Assembly (NCBI GenBank): GCA_964016885.1
Contig: OZ024741.1
Span: forward strand, 400,706,001 to 400,770,000
Length of the DNA stretch: 64,000 bases
Origin: Eledone cirrhosa
Lineage: Eukaryota
Direction: 5' to 3'
Shown here: one piece after another, positions 29,090-44,500 of the stretch
Layout of the letters: every line of letters starts with the position of its first letter
Position numbering within the stretch: the stretch's first letter is position 1
Translations under genes and position numbers: made by a program
The notes under the pieces: model-generated
What the model was told of the DNA's origin: nothing
The model's database searches: none
What the model saw: the letters and a program-made list of their open reading frames with translations, nothing else

Positions 29090-32000
29090 ACCAGCTATTG
29101 AACTTGACAGTTTTAAGGTGCAAGATATGACCAGGTATGGAAGTTGACCGTTTTAGAGTGCAAGATATGACCAGCTATTGAAGTTGACCGTTTTAGGGTG
29201 CAAGATGTGACCAGCTATTGAAGTTGACAGTTTTAGGGTGCAAGATATGACTAGCTATTGAAGTTGACACTTTTAGGGTGAAAGATATGACCAGCTATTA
29301 CAGTTGACAGTTTTAGGGTGAAAGATATGACAAGCTATTGAAGTTGACAGTTTTAGGGTGCAAGATATGACCAGCTATTGAAGTTGACAGTTTTAGGGTG
29401 CAAAATATGACAATCTGTTACAGTTGACAGTTTTAGGGTGAAAGATATGACCAGCTATTGAAGTTGACAGTTTTAGGGTGCAAGATATGACCAGCTATTG
29501 AAGTTGACAGTTTTAGGGTGCAAAATATGACAAGCTATTGATGTTGACAGTTTTAGGGTAAAAGATATGACCAGCTATTGAAGTTGATAGTTTTAGTGCG
29601 AAAAATATGACCAGCTATTGACGTTGACAGTTTTAGTGTGATAGACATGACCAGCTATTGAATTTGATAGTTTTAGGGTGCAAGATATGACGAGCTATTG
29701 AAGTTGAAAGTTTTAGGGTGCAAGATATGACCAGCTATTGAAGTTGACACTTTTAGGGTGAAAGATGTGACCAGCTATTACAGTTGACAGTTTTAGGGTG
29801 CAAGATATGACCAGCTATTGAAGTTGACAGTTTTAGTGTGCAAAATATGACAAGCTATTACAGTTTACAGTTTTAGGGTGAAAGATATGACCAGCTATTG
29901 AAGTAGACAGTTTTAAGATGCAAGATATTACCAGGTATTTAAGTTGACCGTTTTAGAGTGCAAGATATGACCAGCTATTGAAGTTGACCGTTTTAGGGTG
30001 CAAGATGTGACCAGCTATTGAAGTTGACTATTTTAGTGTGAAAGATATGACCAGCTATTGAACTTGACAGTTTTAAGTTGCAAGATATGACCAGGTATTG
30101 AAGTTGACAGTTTTAGGGTGCAAGATATGACCAGCTATTGAAGTTGACTGTTTTAGTGTGAGAGATATGACCAGCTACTGAACTTGACAGTTTTAAGGTG
30201 CAAGATATGACCAGGTATTGAAGTTGACCGTTTTAGGGTGCAAGATGTGACCAGCTATTGAAGTTGCCAGTTTTAGGGTGCAAGATATGACCAGCTATTG
30301 AAGTTGACAGTTTTAGGGTGCAAGATATTACTAGCTATTGATGTTGACACTTTTAGGGAGAAAGATATGACCAGCTATTACAGTTGACGGTTGTATCGTG
30401 AAAGATATGACCAGCTATTGAAGTTGACAATTTTAGGGTGCAAGATATGACAAGCTCTTGAAGTTGACAGTTTTAGGATGCAAAATATGACAAGCTATTG
30501 AAGTTCACAGTTTTAGTGTGATAAATATGACCAGCTATTGACGTTGACAATTTTAGCGTGCAAGATATGACCAGCTATTGAAGTTAACAGTTTTAGTGTG
30601 AAAGATATGACCAGCTATTGAAGTTGATAGTTTTAGGGTGCAAGATATGACGAGCTATTGAAGTTGAAAGTTTTAGGGTGCAAGATATGACCAGCTATTG
30701 AAGTTCACACTTTTAGGGTGCAAAATATGACCAGCTATTGAAGTTGACCGTTTAGGGTGCAAGATGTGACCAGCTATTGAAGTTGACAGTTTTGGGGTGC
30801 AAGATATGACCAGCTATTGAAGTTTACTATTTTAGTGTGAAAGATATGACCAGCTATTGAACTTGACAGTTTTAAGGTGCAAGATATGACCAGGTATTGA
30901 AGTTGACAGTTTTAGGGTGCAAGATATGACCAGCCATTGAGGTTGTCTGTTTTAGTGTGAAAGATATGACAAGCTATTGAACTTGACAGTTTTATGGTGC
31001 AAGCTATGACCAGGTATTGAAGTTGACCGTTTTAGGGTGCAAGATGTGACCAGCTATTTAAGTTGACAGTTTTAGGGTGCAAGATATGACCAGCTATTGA
31101 AGTTGAGAGTTTTAGGGTGCAAGATATGACTAGCTATTGAAGTTGACACTTTTAGGGAGAAAGATATGACCAGCTATTACAGTCGACAGTTTTAGGGTGA
31201 AAGATATGACCAACTATTGAAGTTGACAGTTTTAGGGTGCAAGATATGACCAGATGTTGAAGTTGACAGTTTTAGGGTGCAAAATATGACAAGCTGTTGC
31301 AGTTGACAGTTTTAGGGTGAAAGATATGACCAGCTATTGAAGTTGACAGTTTTAGGGTGCAAGATATGACCAGCTATTGAAGTTGATTGTTTTAGTGTGA
31401 AAGATATGACCAGCTATTGAACTTGACAGTTTTAAGGTGCAAGATATGACCAGGTATGGAAGTTGACCGTTTTAGAGTGCAAGATATGACCAGCTATTGA
31501 AGTTGACAGTTTTAGGGTACAAAATATGACAATCTGTTACAGTTGACAGTTTTAGGGTGAAAGATATGACCAGCTATTGAAGTTGACACTTTTAGGGTGA
31601 AAGATATGACCAGCTATTACAGTTGACAGTTTCAGGGTGCAAGATATGACCAGCTATTGAAGTTGACAGTTTTAGGGTGCAAAATATGACAATCTGTTAC
31701 AGTTGACAGTTTTAGGGTGAAAGATATGACCAGCTATTGAACTTGACAGTTTTAAGGTGCAAGATATGACCAGGTATGGAAGTTGACCGTTTTAGAGTGC
31801 AAGATATGACCAGCTATTGAAGTTGACCGTTTTAGGGTGCAAGATGTGACCAGCTATTGAAGTTGACAGTTTTAGGGTGCAAGATATGACTAGCTATTGA
31901 AGTTGACACTTTTAGGGTGAAAGATATGACCAGCTATTACAGTTGACAGTTTTAGGGTGAAAGATATGACCAGCTATTGAAGTTGACAGTTTTAGGGTGC

Positions 32001-34370
32001 AAGATATGACCAGCTATTGAAGTTGACAGTTTTAGGGTGCAAAATATGACAATCTGTTACAGTTGACAGTTTTAGGGTGAAAGATATGACCAGCTATTGA
32101 AGTTGACAGTTTTAGGGTGCAAGATATGACCAGCTATTGAAGTTGACAGTTTTAGGGTGCAAAATATGACAAGCTATTGATGTTGACAGTTTTAGGGTAA
32201 AAGATATGACCAGCTATTGAAGTTGATAGTTTTAGTGCGAAAAATATGACCAGCTATTGACGTTGACAGTTTTAGTGTGATAGACATGACCAGCTATTGA
32301 ATTTGATAGTTTTAGGGTGCAAGATATGACGAGCTATTGAAGTTGAAAGTTTTAGGGTGCAAGATATGACCAGCTATTGAAGTTGACACTTTTAGGGTGA
32401 AAGATGTGACCAGTTATTACAGTTGACAGTTTTAGGGTGCAAGATATGACCAGCTATTGAAGTTGACAGTTTTAGTGTGCAAAATATGACAAGCTATTAC
32501 AGTTTACAGTTTTAGGGTGAAAGATATGACCAGCTATTGAAGTAGACAGTTTTAAGATGCAAGATATTACCAGGTATTTAAGTTGACCGTTTTAGAGTGC
32601 AAGATATGACCAGCTATTGAAGTTGACCGTTTTAGGGTGCAAGATGTGACCAGCTATTGAAGTTGACTATTTTAGTGTGAAAGATATGACCAGCTATTGA
32701 ACTTGACAGTTTTAAGTTGCAAGATATGACCAGGTATTGAAGTTGACAGTTTTAGGGTGCAAGATATGACCAGCTATTGAACTTGACTACTTTAGTGTGA
32801 GAGATATGACCAGCTACTGAACTTGACAGTTTTAAGGTGCAAGATATGACCAGGTATTGAAGTTGACCGTTTTAGGGTGCAAGATGTGACCAGCTATTGA
32901 AGTTGCCAGTTTTAGGGTGCAAGATATGACCAGCTATTGAAGTTGACAGTTTTAGGGTGCAAGATATTACTAGCTATTGATGTTGACACTTTTAGGGAGA
33001 AAGATATGACCAGCTATTACAGTTGACGGTTGTATCGTGAAAGATATGACCAGCTATTGAAGTTGACAATTTTAGGGTGCAAGATATGACAAGCTCTTGA
33101 AGTTGACAGTTTTAGGATGCAAAATATGACAAGCTATTGAAGTTCACAGTTTTAGTGTGATAAATATGACCAGCTATTGACGTTGACAATTTTAGCGTGC
33201 AAGATATGACCAGCTATTGAAGTTAACAGTTTTAGTGTGAAAGATATGACCAGCTATTGAAGTTGATAGTTTTAGGGTGCAAGATATGACGAGCTATTGA
33301 AGTTGAAAGTTTTAGGGTGCAAGATATGACCAGCTATTGAAGTTCACACTTTTAGGGTGCAAAATATGACCAGCTATTGAAGTTGACCGTTTAGGGTGCA
33401 AGATGTGACCAGCTATTGAAGTTGACAGTTTTGGGGTGCAAGATATGACCAGCTATTGAAGTTTACTATTTTAGTGTGAAAGATATGACCAGCTATTGAA
33501 CTTGACAGTTTTAAGGTGCAAGATATGACCAGGTATTGAAGTTGACAGTTTTAGGGTGCAAGATATGACCAGCCATTGAGGTTGTCTGTTTTAGTGTGAA
33601 AGATATGACAAGCTATTGAACTTGACAGTTTTATGGTGCAAGCTATGACCAGGTATTGAAGTTGACCGTTTTAGGGTGCAAGATGTGACCAGCTATTTAA
33701 GTTGACAGTTTTAGGGTGCAAGATATGACCAGCTATTGAAGTTGAGAGTTTTAGGGTGCAAGATATGACTAGCTATTGAAGTTGACACTTTTAGGGAGAA
33801 AGATATGACCAGCTATTACAGTCGACAGTTTTAGGGTGAAAGATATGACCAACTATTGAAGTTGACAGTTTTAGGGTGCAAGATATGACCAGATGTTGAA
33901 GTTGACAGTTTTAGGGTGCAAAATATGACAAGCTGTTGCAGTTGACAGTTTTAGGGTGAAAGATATGACCAGCTATTGAAGTTGACAGTTTTAGGGTGCA
34001 AGATATGACCAGCTATTGAAGTTGATTGTTTTAGTGTGAAAGATATGACCAGCTATTGAACTTGACAGTTTTAAGGTGCAAGATATGACCAGGTATGGAA
34101 GTTGACCGTTTTAGAGTGCAAGATATGACCAGCTATTGAAGTTGACAGTTTTAGGGTACAAAATATGACAATCTGTTACAGTTGACAGTTTTAGGGTGAA
34201 AGATATGACCAGCTATTGAAGTTGACACTTTTAGGGTGAAAGATATGACCAGCTATTACAGTTGACAGTTTCAGGGTGCAAGATATGACCAGCTATTGAA
34301 GTTGACAGTTTTAGGGTGCAAAATATGACAATCTGTTACAGTTGACAGTTTTAGGGTGAAAGATATGACC
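29090..34370 (+). repeat. Tandem duplication with 2639-bp period (66 monomers, one of them 39 bp)
   Basis: AAGTAGAC 29901/32540, TTGTATCGTG 30391/33030, GGTTGTCTG 30941/33580, all +2639. A third partial copy follows (GGTTGTCTG 35139, +1559). Confidence 0.88.
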
Positions 34371-36679
34371 AGCTATTGAAGTTGACAGTTTTAGGGTGCA
34401 AGATATGACCAGCTATTGAAGTTGACAGTTTTAGGGTGCAAAATATGACAAGCTATTGATGTTGACAGTTTTAGGGTAAAAGATATGACCAGCTATTGAA
34501 GTTGATAGTTTTAGGGTGCAAGATATGACCAGCTATTGAAGTTAACAGTTTTAGGGTGCAAAATATGACAAGCTGTTACAATTGACAGTTTTACGGTGAA
34601 AGATATGACCAGCTATTGAAGTTGACAATTTTAGGGTGCAAGATATGACAAGCTCTTGAAGTTGACAGTTTTAGGATGCAAAATATGACAAGCTATTGAA
34701 GTTCACAGTTTTAGTGTGATAAATATGACCAGCTATTGACGTTCACAGTTTTAGCGTGCAAGATATGACCAGCTATTGAAGTTAACAGTTTTAGTGTGAA
34801 AGATATGACCAGCTATTGAAGTTGATAGTTTTAGGGTGCAAGATATGACGAGCTATTGAAGTTGAAAGTTTTAGGGTGCAAGATATGACCAGCTATTGAA
34901 GTTGACACTTTTAGGGTGCAAAATATGACCAGCTATTGAAGTTGACCGTTTAGGGTGCAAGATGTGACCAGCTATTGAAGTTGACAGTTTTTGGGTGCAA
35001 GATATGACCAGCTATTGAAGTTTACTATTTTAGTGTGAAAGATATGACCAGCTATTGAACTTGACAGTTTTAAGGTGCAAGATATGACCAGGTATTGAAG
35101 TTGACAGTTTTAGGGTGCAAGATATGACCAGCCATTGAGGTTGTCTGTTTTAGTGTGAAAGATATGACAAGCTATTGAACTTGACAGTTTTATGGTGCAA
35201 GCTATGACCAGGTATTGAAGTTGACCGTTTTAGGGTGCAAGATGTGACCAGCTATTTAAGTTGACAGTTTTAGGGTGCAAGATATGACCAGCTATTGAAG
35301 TTGAGAGTTTTAGGGTGCAAGATATGACTAGCTATTGAAGTTGACACTTTTAGGGAGAAAGATATGACCAGCTATTACAGTCGACAGTTTTAGGGTGAAA
35401 GATATGACCAACTATTGAAGTTGACAGTTTTAGGGTGCAAGATATGACCAGATGTTGAAGTTGACAGTTTTAGGGTGCAAAATATGACAAGCTGTTGCAG
35501 TTGACAGTTTTAGGGTGAAAGATATGACCAGCTATTGAAGTTGACAGTTTTAGGGTGCAAGATATGACCAGCTATTGAAGTTGATTGTTTTAGTGTGAAA
35601 GATATGACCAGCTATTGAACTTGACAGTTTTAAGGTGCAAGATATGACCAGGTATGGAAGTTGACCGTTTTAGAGTGCAAGATATGACCAGCTATTGAAG
35701 TTGACAGTTTTAGGGTACAAAATATGACAATCTGTTACAGTTGACAGTTTTAGGGTGAAAGATATGACCAGCTATTGAAGTTGACACTTTTAGGGTGAAA
35801 GATATGACCAGCTATTACAGTTGACAGTTTCAGGGTGCAAGATATGACCAGCTATTGAAGTTGACAGTTTTAGGGTGCAAAATATGACAATCTGTTACAG
35901 TTGACAGTTTTAGGGTGAAAGATATGACCAGCTATTGAAGTTGACAGTTTTAGGGTGCAAGATATGACCAGCTAGTGAAGTTGACAGTTTTAGGGTGCAA
36001 AATATGACAAGCTATTGATGTTGACAGTTTTAGGGTAAAAGATATGACCAGCTATTGAAGTTGATAGTTTTAGTGCGAAAAATATGACCAGCTATTGACG
36101 TTGACAGTTTTAGTGTGATAGATATGACCAGCTATTGAATTTGATAGTTTTAGGGTGCAAGATATGACGAGCTATTGAAGTTGAAAGTTTTAGGGTGCAA
36201 GATATGACCAGCTATATAAGTTGACAGTTTTAGGGTGCAAGATCTGACCAGCTATTGAAGTTGACACTTTTAGGGTGAAAGATGTGACCAGCTATTACAG
36301 TTGACAGTTTTAGGGTGAAAGATATGACCAGCTATTGACGTTGACAGTTTTAGGGTGCAAGATATGACCAGCTATTGAAGTTGACAGTTTTAGTGTGCAA
36401 AATATGACAAGCTATTACAGTTTCCAGTTTTAGGGTGAAAGATATGACCAGCTATTGAAGTAGACAGTTTTAAGATGCAAGATATTACCAGGTATTTAAG
36501 TTGACCGTTTTAGAGTGCAAGATATGACCAGCTATTGAAGTTGACCGTTTTAGGGTGCAAGATGTGACCAGCTATTGAAGTTGACTATTTTAGTGTGAAA
36601 GATATGACCAGCTATTGAACTTGACAGTTTTAAGTTGCAAGATATGACCAGGTATTGAAGTTGACAGTTTTAGGGTGCA

Positions 36680-39600
36680 AGATATGACCAGCTATTGAAG
36701 TTGACTGTTTTAGTGTGAGAGATATGACCAGCTACTGAACTTGACAGTTTTAAGGTGCAAGATATGACCAGGTATTGAAGTTGACCGTTTTAGGGTGCAA
36801 GATGTGACCAGCTATTGAAGTTGCCAGTTTTAGGGTGCAAGATATGACCAGCTATTGAAGTTGACAGTTTTAGGGTGCAAGATATTACTAGCTATTGAAG
36901 TTGACACTTTTAGGGAGAAAGATATGACCAGCTATTACAGTTGACGGTTTTATCGTGAAAGATATGACCAGCTATTGAAGTTGACAGTTTTAGGGTGCAA
37001 GATATGACCAGCTATTGAAGTTGATAGTTTTAGGGTGCAAGATATGACCAGCTATTGAAGTTAACAGTTTTAGTGTGAAAGATATGACCAGCTATTGAAG
37101 TTGATAGTTTTAGGGTGCAAGATATGACGAGCTATTGAAGTTGAAAGTTTTAGGGTGCAAGATATGACCAGCTATTGAAGTTGACACTTTTAGGGTGCAA
37201 GATGTGACCAGCTATTGAAGTTGACAGTTTTAGGGTGCAAGATATGACCAGCTATTGAAGTTTACTATTTTAGTGTGAAAGATATGACAAGCTATTGAAC
37301 TTGACAGTTTTAAGGTGCAAGCTATGACCAGGTATTGAAGTTGACCGTTTTAGGGTGCAAGATGTGACCAGCTATTTAAGTTGACAGTTTTAGGGTGCAA
37401 GATATGACCAGCTATTGAAGTTGACAGTTTTAGGGTGCAAGATATGACTAGCTATTGAAATTGACACTTTTAGGGAGAAAGATATGACCAGCTATTACAG
37501 TCGACAGTTTTAGGGTGAAAGATATGACCAACTATTGAAGTTGACAGTTTTAGGGTGCAAGATATGACCAGATGTTGAAGTTGACAGTTTTAGGGTGCAA
37601 AATATGACAAGCTGTTGCAGTTGACAGTTTTAGGGTGAAAGATATGACCAGCTATTGAAGTTGACAGTTTTAGGGTGCAAGATATGACCAGCTATTGAAG
37701 TTGATTGTTTTAGTGTGAAAGATATGACCAGCTATTGAACTTGACAGTTTTAAGGTGCAAGATATGACCAGGTATGGAAGTTGACCGTTTTAGAGTGCAA
37801 GATATGACCAGCTATTGAAGTTGACAGTTTTAGGGTCCAAAATATGACAATCTGTTACAGTTGACAGTTTTAGGGTGAAAGATATGACCAGCTATTGAAG
37901 TTGACACTTTTAGGGTGAAAGATATGACCAGCTATTACAGTTGACAGATTTAGGGTGCAAGATATGACCAGCTATTGAAGTTGACAGTTTTAGGGTGCAA
38001 AATATGACAATCTGTTACAGTTGACAGTTTTAGGGTGAAAGATATGACCAGCTATTGAAGTTGACAGTTTTAGGGTGCAAGATATGACCAGCTATTGAAG
38101 TTGACAGTTTTAGGGTGCAAAATATGACAAGCTATTGATGTTGACAGTTTTAGGGTAAAAGATATGACCAGCTATTGAAGTTGATAGTTTTAGTGCGAAA
38201 AATATGACCAGCTATTGACGTTGACAGTTTTAGTGTGATAGATATGACCAGCTATTGAATTTGATAGTTTTAGGGTGCAAGATATGACGAGCTATTGAAG
38301 TTGAAAATTTTAGGGTGCAAGATATGACCAGCTATATAAGTTGACAGTTTTAGGGTGCAAGATATGACCAGCTATTGAAGTTGACACTTTTAGGGTGAAA
38401 GATGTGACCAGCTATTACAGTTGACAGTTTTAGGGTGAAAGATATGACCAGCTATTGACGTTGACAGTTTTAGGGTGCAAGATATGACCAGCTATTGAAG
38501 TTGACAGTTTTAGTGTGCAAAATATGACAAGCTATTACAGTTTACAGTTTTAGGGTGAAAGATATGAGCAGCTATTGAAGTTGACAGTTTTAGGGTGCAA
38601 GATATGACCAGCTATTGAAGTTGACAGTTTTAGGGTGCAAAATATGACAATCTGTTACAGTTGACAGTTTTAGGGTGAAAGATATGACCAGCTATTGAAG
38701 TTGACTATTTTAGTGTGAAAGATATGACCAGCTATTGAAGTTGACAGTTTTAGGGTGCAAAATATGACAAGCTATTGATGTTGACAGTTTTAGGGTAAAA
38801 GATATGACCAGCTATTGAAGTTGATAGTTTTAGTGCGAAAAATATGACCAGCTATTGACGTGGACAGTTTTAGTGTGATAGACATGACCAGCTATTGAAT
38901 TTGATAGTTTTAGGGTGCAAGATATGACGAGCTATTGAAGTTGAAAGTTTTAGGGTGCAAGATATGACCAGCTATTGAAGTTGACACTTTTAGGGTGAAA
39001 GATGTGACCAGCTATTACAGTTGACAGTTTTAGGGTGAAACATATGACCAGCTATTGACGTTGACAGTTTTAGGGTGCAAGATATGACCAGCTATTGAAG
39101 TTGACAGTTTTAGTGTGCAAAATATGACAAGCTATTACAGTTTACAGTTTTAGGGTGAAAGATATGACCAGCTATTGAAGTAGACAGTTTTAAGATGCAA
39201 GATATTACCAGGTATTTAAGTTGACCGTTTTAGAGTGCAAGATATGACCAGCTATTGAAGTTGACCGTTTTAGGGTGCAAGATGTGACCAGCTATTGAAG
39301 TTGACTATTTTAGTGTGAAAGATATGACCAGCTATTGAACTTGACAGTTTTAGGGTGCAAGATATGACCAGGTATTGAAGTTGACAGTTTTAGGGTGCAA
39401 GATATGACCAGCTATTGAAGTTGACTGTTTTAGTGTGAGAGATATGACCAGCTACTGAACTTGACAGTTTTAAGGTGCAAGATATGACCAGGTATTGAAG
39501 TTGACCGTTTTAGGGTGCAAGATGTGACCAGCTATTGAAGTTGCCAGTTTTAGGGTGCAAGATATGACCAGCTATTGAAGTTGACAGTTTTAGGGAGAAA

Positions 39601-42600
39601 GATATGACCAGCTATTACAGTTGACGGTTTTATCGTGAAAGATATGACCAGCTATTGAAGTTGACAGTTTTAGGGTGCAAGATATGACCAGCTATTGAAG
39701 TTGACAGTTTTAGGGTGCAAAATATGACAAGCTGTTACAATTGACAGTTTTACGGTGAAAGATATGACCAGCTATTGAAGTTGACAATTTTAGGGTGCAA
39801 GATATGACAAGCTCTTGAAGTTGACAGTTTTAGGATGCAAAATATGACAAGCTATTGAAGTTCACAGTTTTAGTGTGATAAATATGACCAGCTATTGACG
39901 TTGACAGTTTTAGGGTGCAAGATATGACCAGCTATTGAAGTTAACAGTTTTAGTGTGAAAGATATGACCAGCTATTGAAGTTGATAGTTTTAGGGTGCAA
40001 GATATGACGAGCTATTGAAGTTGACAGTTTTAGGGTGCAAGATATGACCAGCTATTGAAGTTGACACTTTTAGGGTGCAAAATATGACCAGCTATTGAAG
40101 TTGACCGTTTAGGGTGCAAGATGTGACCAGCTATTGAAGTTGACAGTTTTAGGGTGCAAGATATGACCAGCTATTGAAGTTTACTATTTTAGTGTGAAAG
40201 ATATGACCAGCTATTGAACTTGACAGTTTTAAGGTGCAAGATATGACCAGGTATTGAAGTTGACAGTTTTAGGGTGCAAGATATGACCAGCCATTGAGGT
40301 TGACTGTTTTAGTGTGAAAGATATGACAAGCTATTGAACTTGACAGTTTTAAGGTGCAAGCTATGACCAGGTATTGAAGTTGACCGTTTTAGGGTGCAAG
40401 ATGTGACCAGCTATTTAAGTTGACAGTTTTAGGGTGCAAGATATGACCAGCTATTGAAGTTGACAGTTTTAGGGTGCAAGATATGACTAGCTATTGAAGT
40501 TGACACTTTTAGGGAGAAAGATATGACCAGCTATTACAGTCGACAGTTTTAGGGTGAAAGATATGACCAACTATTGAAGTTGACAGTTTTAGGGTGCAAG
40601 ATATGACCAGCTATTGAAGTTGACTGTTTTAGTGTGAGAGATATGACCAGCTACTGAACTTGACAGTTTTAAGGTGCAAGATATGACCAGGTATTGAAGT
40701 TGACCGTTTTAGGGTGCAAGATGTGACCAGCTATTGAAGTTGCCAGTTTTAGGGTGCAAGATATGACCAGCTATTGAAGTTGACAGTTTTAGGGTGCAAG
40801 ATATTACTAGCTATTGAAGTTGACACTTTTAGGGAGAAAGATATGACCAGCTATTACAGTTGACGGTTTTATCGTGAAAGATATGACCAGCTATTGAAGT
40901 TGACAGTTTTAGGGTGCAAGATATGACCAGCTATTGAAGTTGATAGTTTTAGGGTGCAAGATATGACCAGCTATTGAAGTTAACAGTTTTAGTGTGAAAG
41001 ATATGACCAGCTATTGAAGTTGATAGTTTTAGGGTGCAAGATATGACGAGCTATTGAAGTTGAAAGTTTTAGGGTGCAAGATATGACCAGCTATTGAAGT
41101 TGACACTTTTAGGGTGCAAAATATGACCAGCTATTGAAGTTGACCGTTTAGGGTGCAAGATGTGACCAGCTATTGAAGTTGACAGTTTTAGGGTGCAAGA
41201 TATGACCAGCTATTGAAGTTTACTATTTTAGTGTGAAAGATATGACCAGCTATTGAACTTGACAGTTTTAAGGTGCAAGCTATGACCAGGTATTGAAGTT
41301 GACCGTTTTAGGGTGCAAGATGTGACCAGCTATTTAAGTTGACAGTTTTAGGGTGCAAGATATGACCAGCTATTGAAGTTGACAGTTTTAGGGTGCAAGA
41401 TATGACTAGCTATTGAAATTGACACTTTTAGGGAGAAAGATATGACCAGCTATTACAGTCGACAGTTTTAGGGTGAAAGATATGACCAACTATTGAAGTT
41501 GACAGTTTTAGGGTGCAAGATATGACCAGATGTTGAAGTTGACAGTTTTAGGGTGCAAAATATGACAAGCTGTTGCAGTTGACAGTTTTAGGGTGAAAGA
41601 TATGACCAGCTATTGAAGTTGACAGTTTTAGGGTGCAAGATATGACCAGCTATTGAAGTTGATTGTTTTAGTGTGAAAGATATGACCAGCTATTGAACTT
41701 GACAGTTTTAAGGTGCAAGATATGACCAGGTATGGAAGTTGACCGTTTTAGAGTGCAAGATATGACCAGCTATTGAAGTTGACAGTTTTAGGGTCCAAAA
41801 TATGACAATCTGTTACAGTTGACAGTTTTAGGGTGAAAGATATGACCAGCTATTGAAGTTGACACTTTTAGGGTGAAAGATATGACCAGCTATTACAGTT
41901 GACAGATTTAGGGTGCAAGATATGACCAGCTATTGAAGTTGACAGTTTTAGGGTGCAAAATATGACAATCTGTTACAGTTGACAGTTTTAGGGTGAAAGA
42001 TATGACCAGCTATTGAAGTTGACAGTTTTAGGGTGCAAGATATGACCAGCTATTGAATTGACAGTTTTAGGGTGCAAAATATGACAAGCTATTGATGTTG
42101 ACAGTTTTAGGGTAAAAGATATGACCAGCTATTGAAGTTGATAGTTTTAGTGCGGAAAATATGACCAGCTATTGACGTTGACAGTTTTAGTGTGATAGAT
42201 ATGACCAGCTATTGAATTTGATAGTTTTAGGGTGCAAGATATGACGAGCTATTGAAGTTGAAAATTTTAGGGTGCAAGATATGACCAGCTATATAAGTTG
42301 ACAGTTTTAGGGTGCAAGATATGACCAGCTATTGAAGTTGACACTTTTAGGGTGAAAGATGTGACCAGCTATTACAGTTGACAGTTTTAGGGTGAAAGAT
42401 ATGACCAGCTATTGACGTTGACAGTTTTAGGGTGCAAGATATGACCAGCTATTGAAGTTGACAGTTTTAGTGTGCAAAATATGACAAGCTATTACAGTTT
42501 ACAGTTTTAGGGTGAAAGATATGACCAGCTATTGAAGTTGACAGTTTTAGGGTGCAAGATATGACCAGCTATTGAAGTTGACAGTTTTAGGGTGCAAAAT

Positions 42601-44500
42601 ATGACAATCTGTTACAGTTGACAGTTTTAGGGTGAAAGATATGACCAGCTATTGAAGTTGACTATTTTAGTGTGAAAGATATGACCAGCTATTGAAGTTG
42701 ACAGTTTTAGGGTGCAAAATATGACAAGCTATTGATGTTGACAGTTTTAGGGTAAAAGATATGACCAGCTATTGAAGTTGATAGTTTTAGTGCTAAAAAT
42801 ATGACCAGCTATTGACGTTGACAGTTTTAGTGTGATAGACATGACTAGCTATTGAATTTGATAGTTTTAGGGTGCAAGATATGACGAGCTATTGAAGTTG
42901 AAAGTTTTAGGGTGCAAGATATGACCAGCTATTGAAGTTGACACTTTTAGGGTGAAAGATGTGACCAGCTATTACAGTTGACAGTTTTAGGGTGAAACAT
43001 ATGACCAGCTATTGACGTTGACAGTTTTAGGGTGCAAGATATGACCAGCTATTGAAGTTGACAGTTTTAGTGTGCAAAATATGACAAGCTATTACAGTTT
43101 ACAGTTTTAGGGTGAAAGATATGACCAGCTATTGAAGTAGACAGTTTTAAGATGCAAGATATTACCAGGTATTTAAGTTGACCGTTTTAGAGTGCAAGAT
43201 ATGACCAGCTATTGAAGTTGACCGTTTTAGGGTGCAAGATGTGACCAGCTATTGAAGTTGACTATTTTAGTGTGAAAGATATGACCAGCTATTGAACTTG
43301 ACAGTTTTAAGTTGCAAGATATGACCAGGTATTGAAGTTGACAGTTTTAGGGTGCAAGATATGACCAGCTATTGAAGTTGACTGTTTTAGTGTGAGAGAT
43401 ATGACCAGTTACTGAACTTGACAGTTTTAAGGTGCAAGATATGACCAGGTATTGAAGTTGACCGTTTTAGGGTGCAAGATGTGACCAGCTATTGAAGTTG
43501 CCAGTTTTAGGGTGCAAGATATGACCAGCTATTGAAGTTGACAGTTTTAGGGAGAAAGATATGACCAGCTATTACAGTTGACGGTTTTATCGTGAAAGAT
43601 ATGACCAGCTATTGAAGTTGACAGTTTTAGGGTGCAAGATATGACCAGCTATTGAAGTTGACAGTTTTAGGGTGCAAGATATGACAAGCTGTTACAATTG
43701 ACAGTTTTACGGTGAAAGATATGACCAGCTATTGAAGTTGACAATTTTAGGGTGCAAGATATGACAAGCTCTTGAAGTTGACAGTTTTAGGATGCAAAAT
43801 ATGACAAGCTATTGAAGTTCACAGTTTTAGTGTGATAAATATGACCAGCTATTGACGTTGACAATTTTAGGGTGCAAGATATGACCAGCTATTGAAGTTA
43901 ACAGTTTTAGTGTGAAAGATATGACCAGCTATTGAAGTTGATAGTTTTAGGGTGCAAGATATGACGAGCTATTGAAGTTGAAAGTTTTAGGGTGCAAGAT
44001 ATGACCAGCTATTGAAGTTGACACTTTTAGGGTGCAAAATATGACCAGCTATTGAAGTTGACCGTTTAGGGTGCAAGATGTGACCAGCTATTGAAGTTGA
44101 CAGTTTTAGGATGCAAGATATGACCAGCTATTGAAGTTTACTATTTTAGTGTGAAAGATATGACCAGCTATTGAACTTGACAGTTTTAAGGTGCAAGATA
44201 TGACCAGGTATTGAAGTTGACAGTTTTAGGGTGCAAGATATGACCAGCCATTGAGGTTGACTGTTTTAGTGTGAAAGATATGACAAGCTATTGAACTTGA
44301 CAGTTTTAAGGTGCAAGCTATGACCAGGTATTGAAGTTGACCGTTTTAGGGTGCAAGATGTGACCAGCTATTGAAGTTGACAGTTTTAGGGTGCAAGATA
44401 TGACTAGCTATTGAAGTTGACACTTTTAGGGAGAAAGATATGACCAGCTATTACAGTCGACAGTTTTAGGGTGAAAGATATGACCAACTATTGAAGTTGA
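36680..44500 (+). repeat. Tandem duplication with ~3.96-kb period (~99 monomers)
   Basis: TAGGGTCCAA 37831/41789 (+3958), GAAA-CATATG 39041/42998 (+3957), AAGTAGAC 39178/43135 (+3957). Confidence 0.85.
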
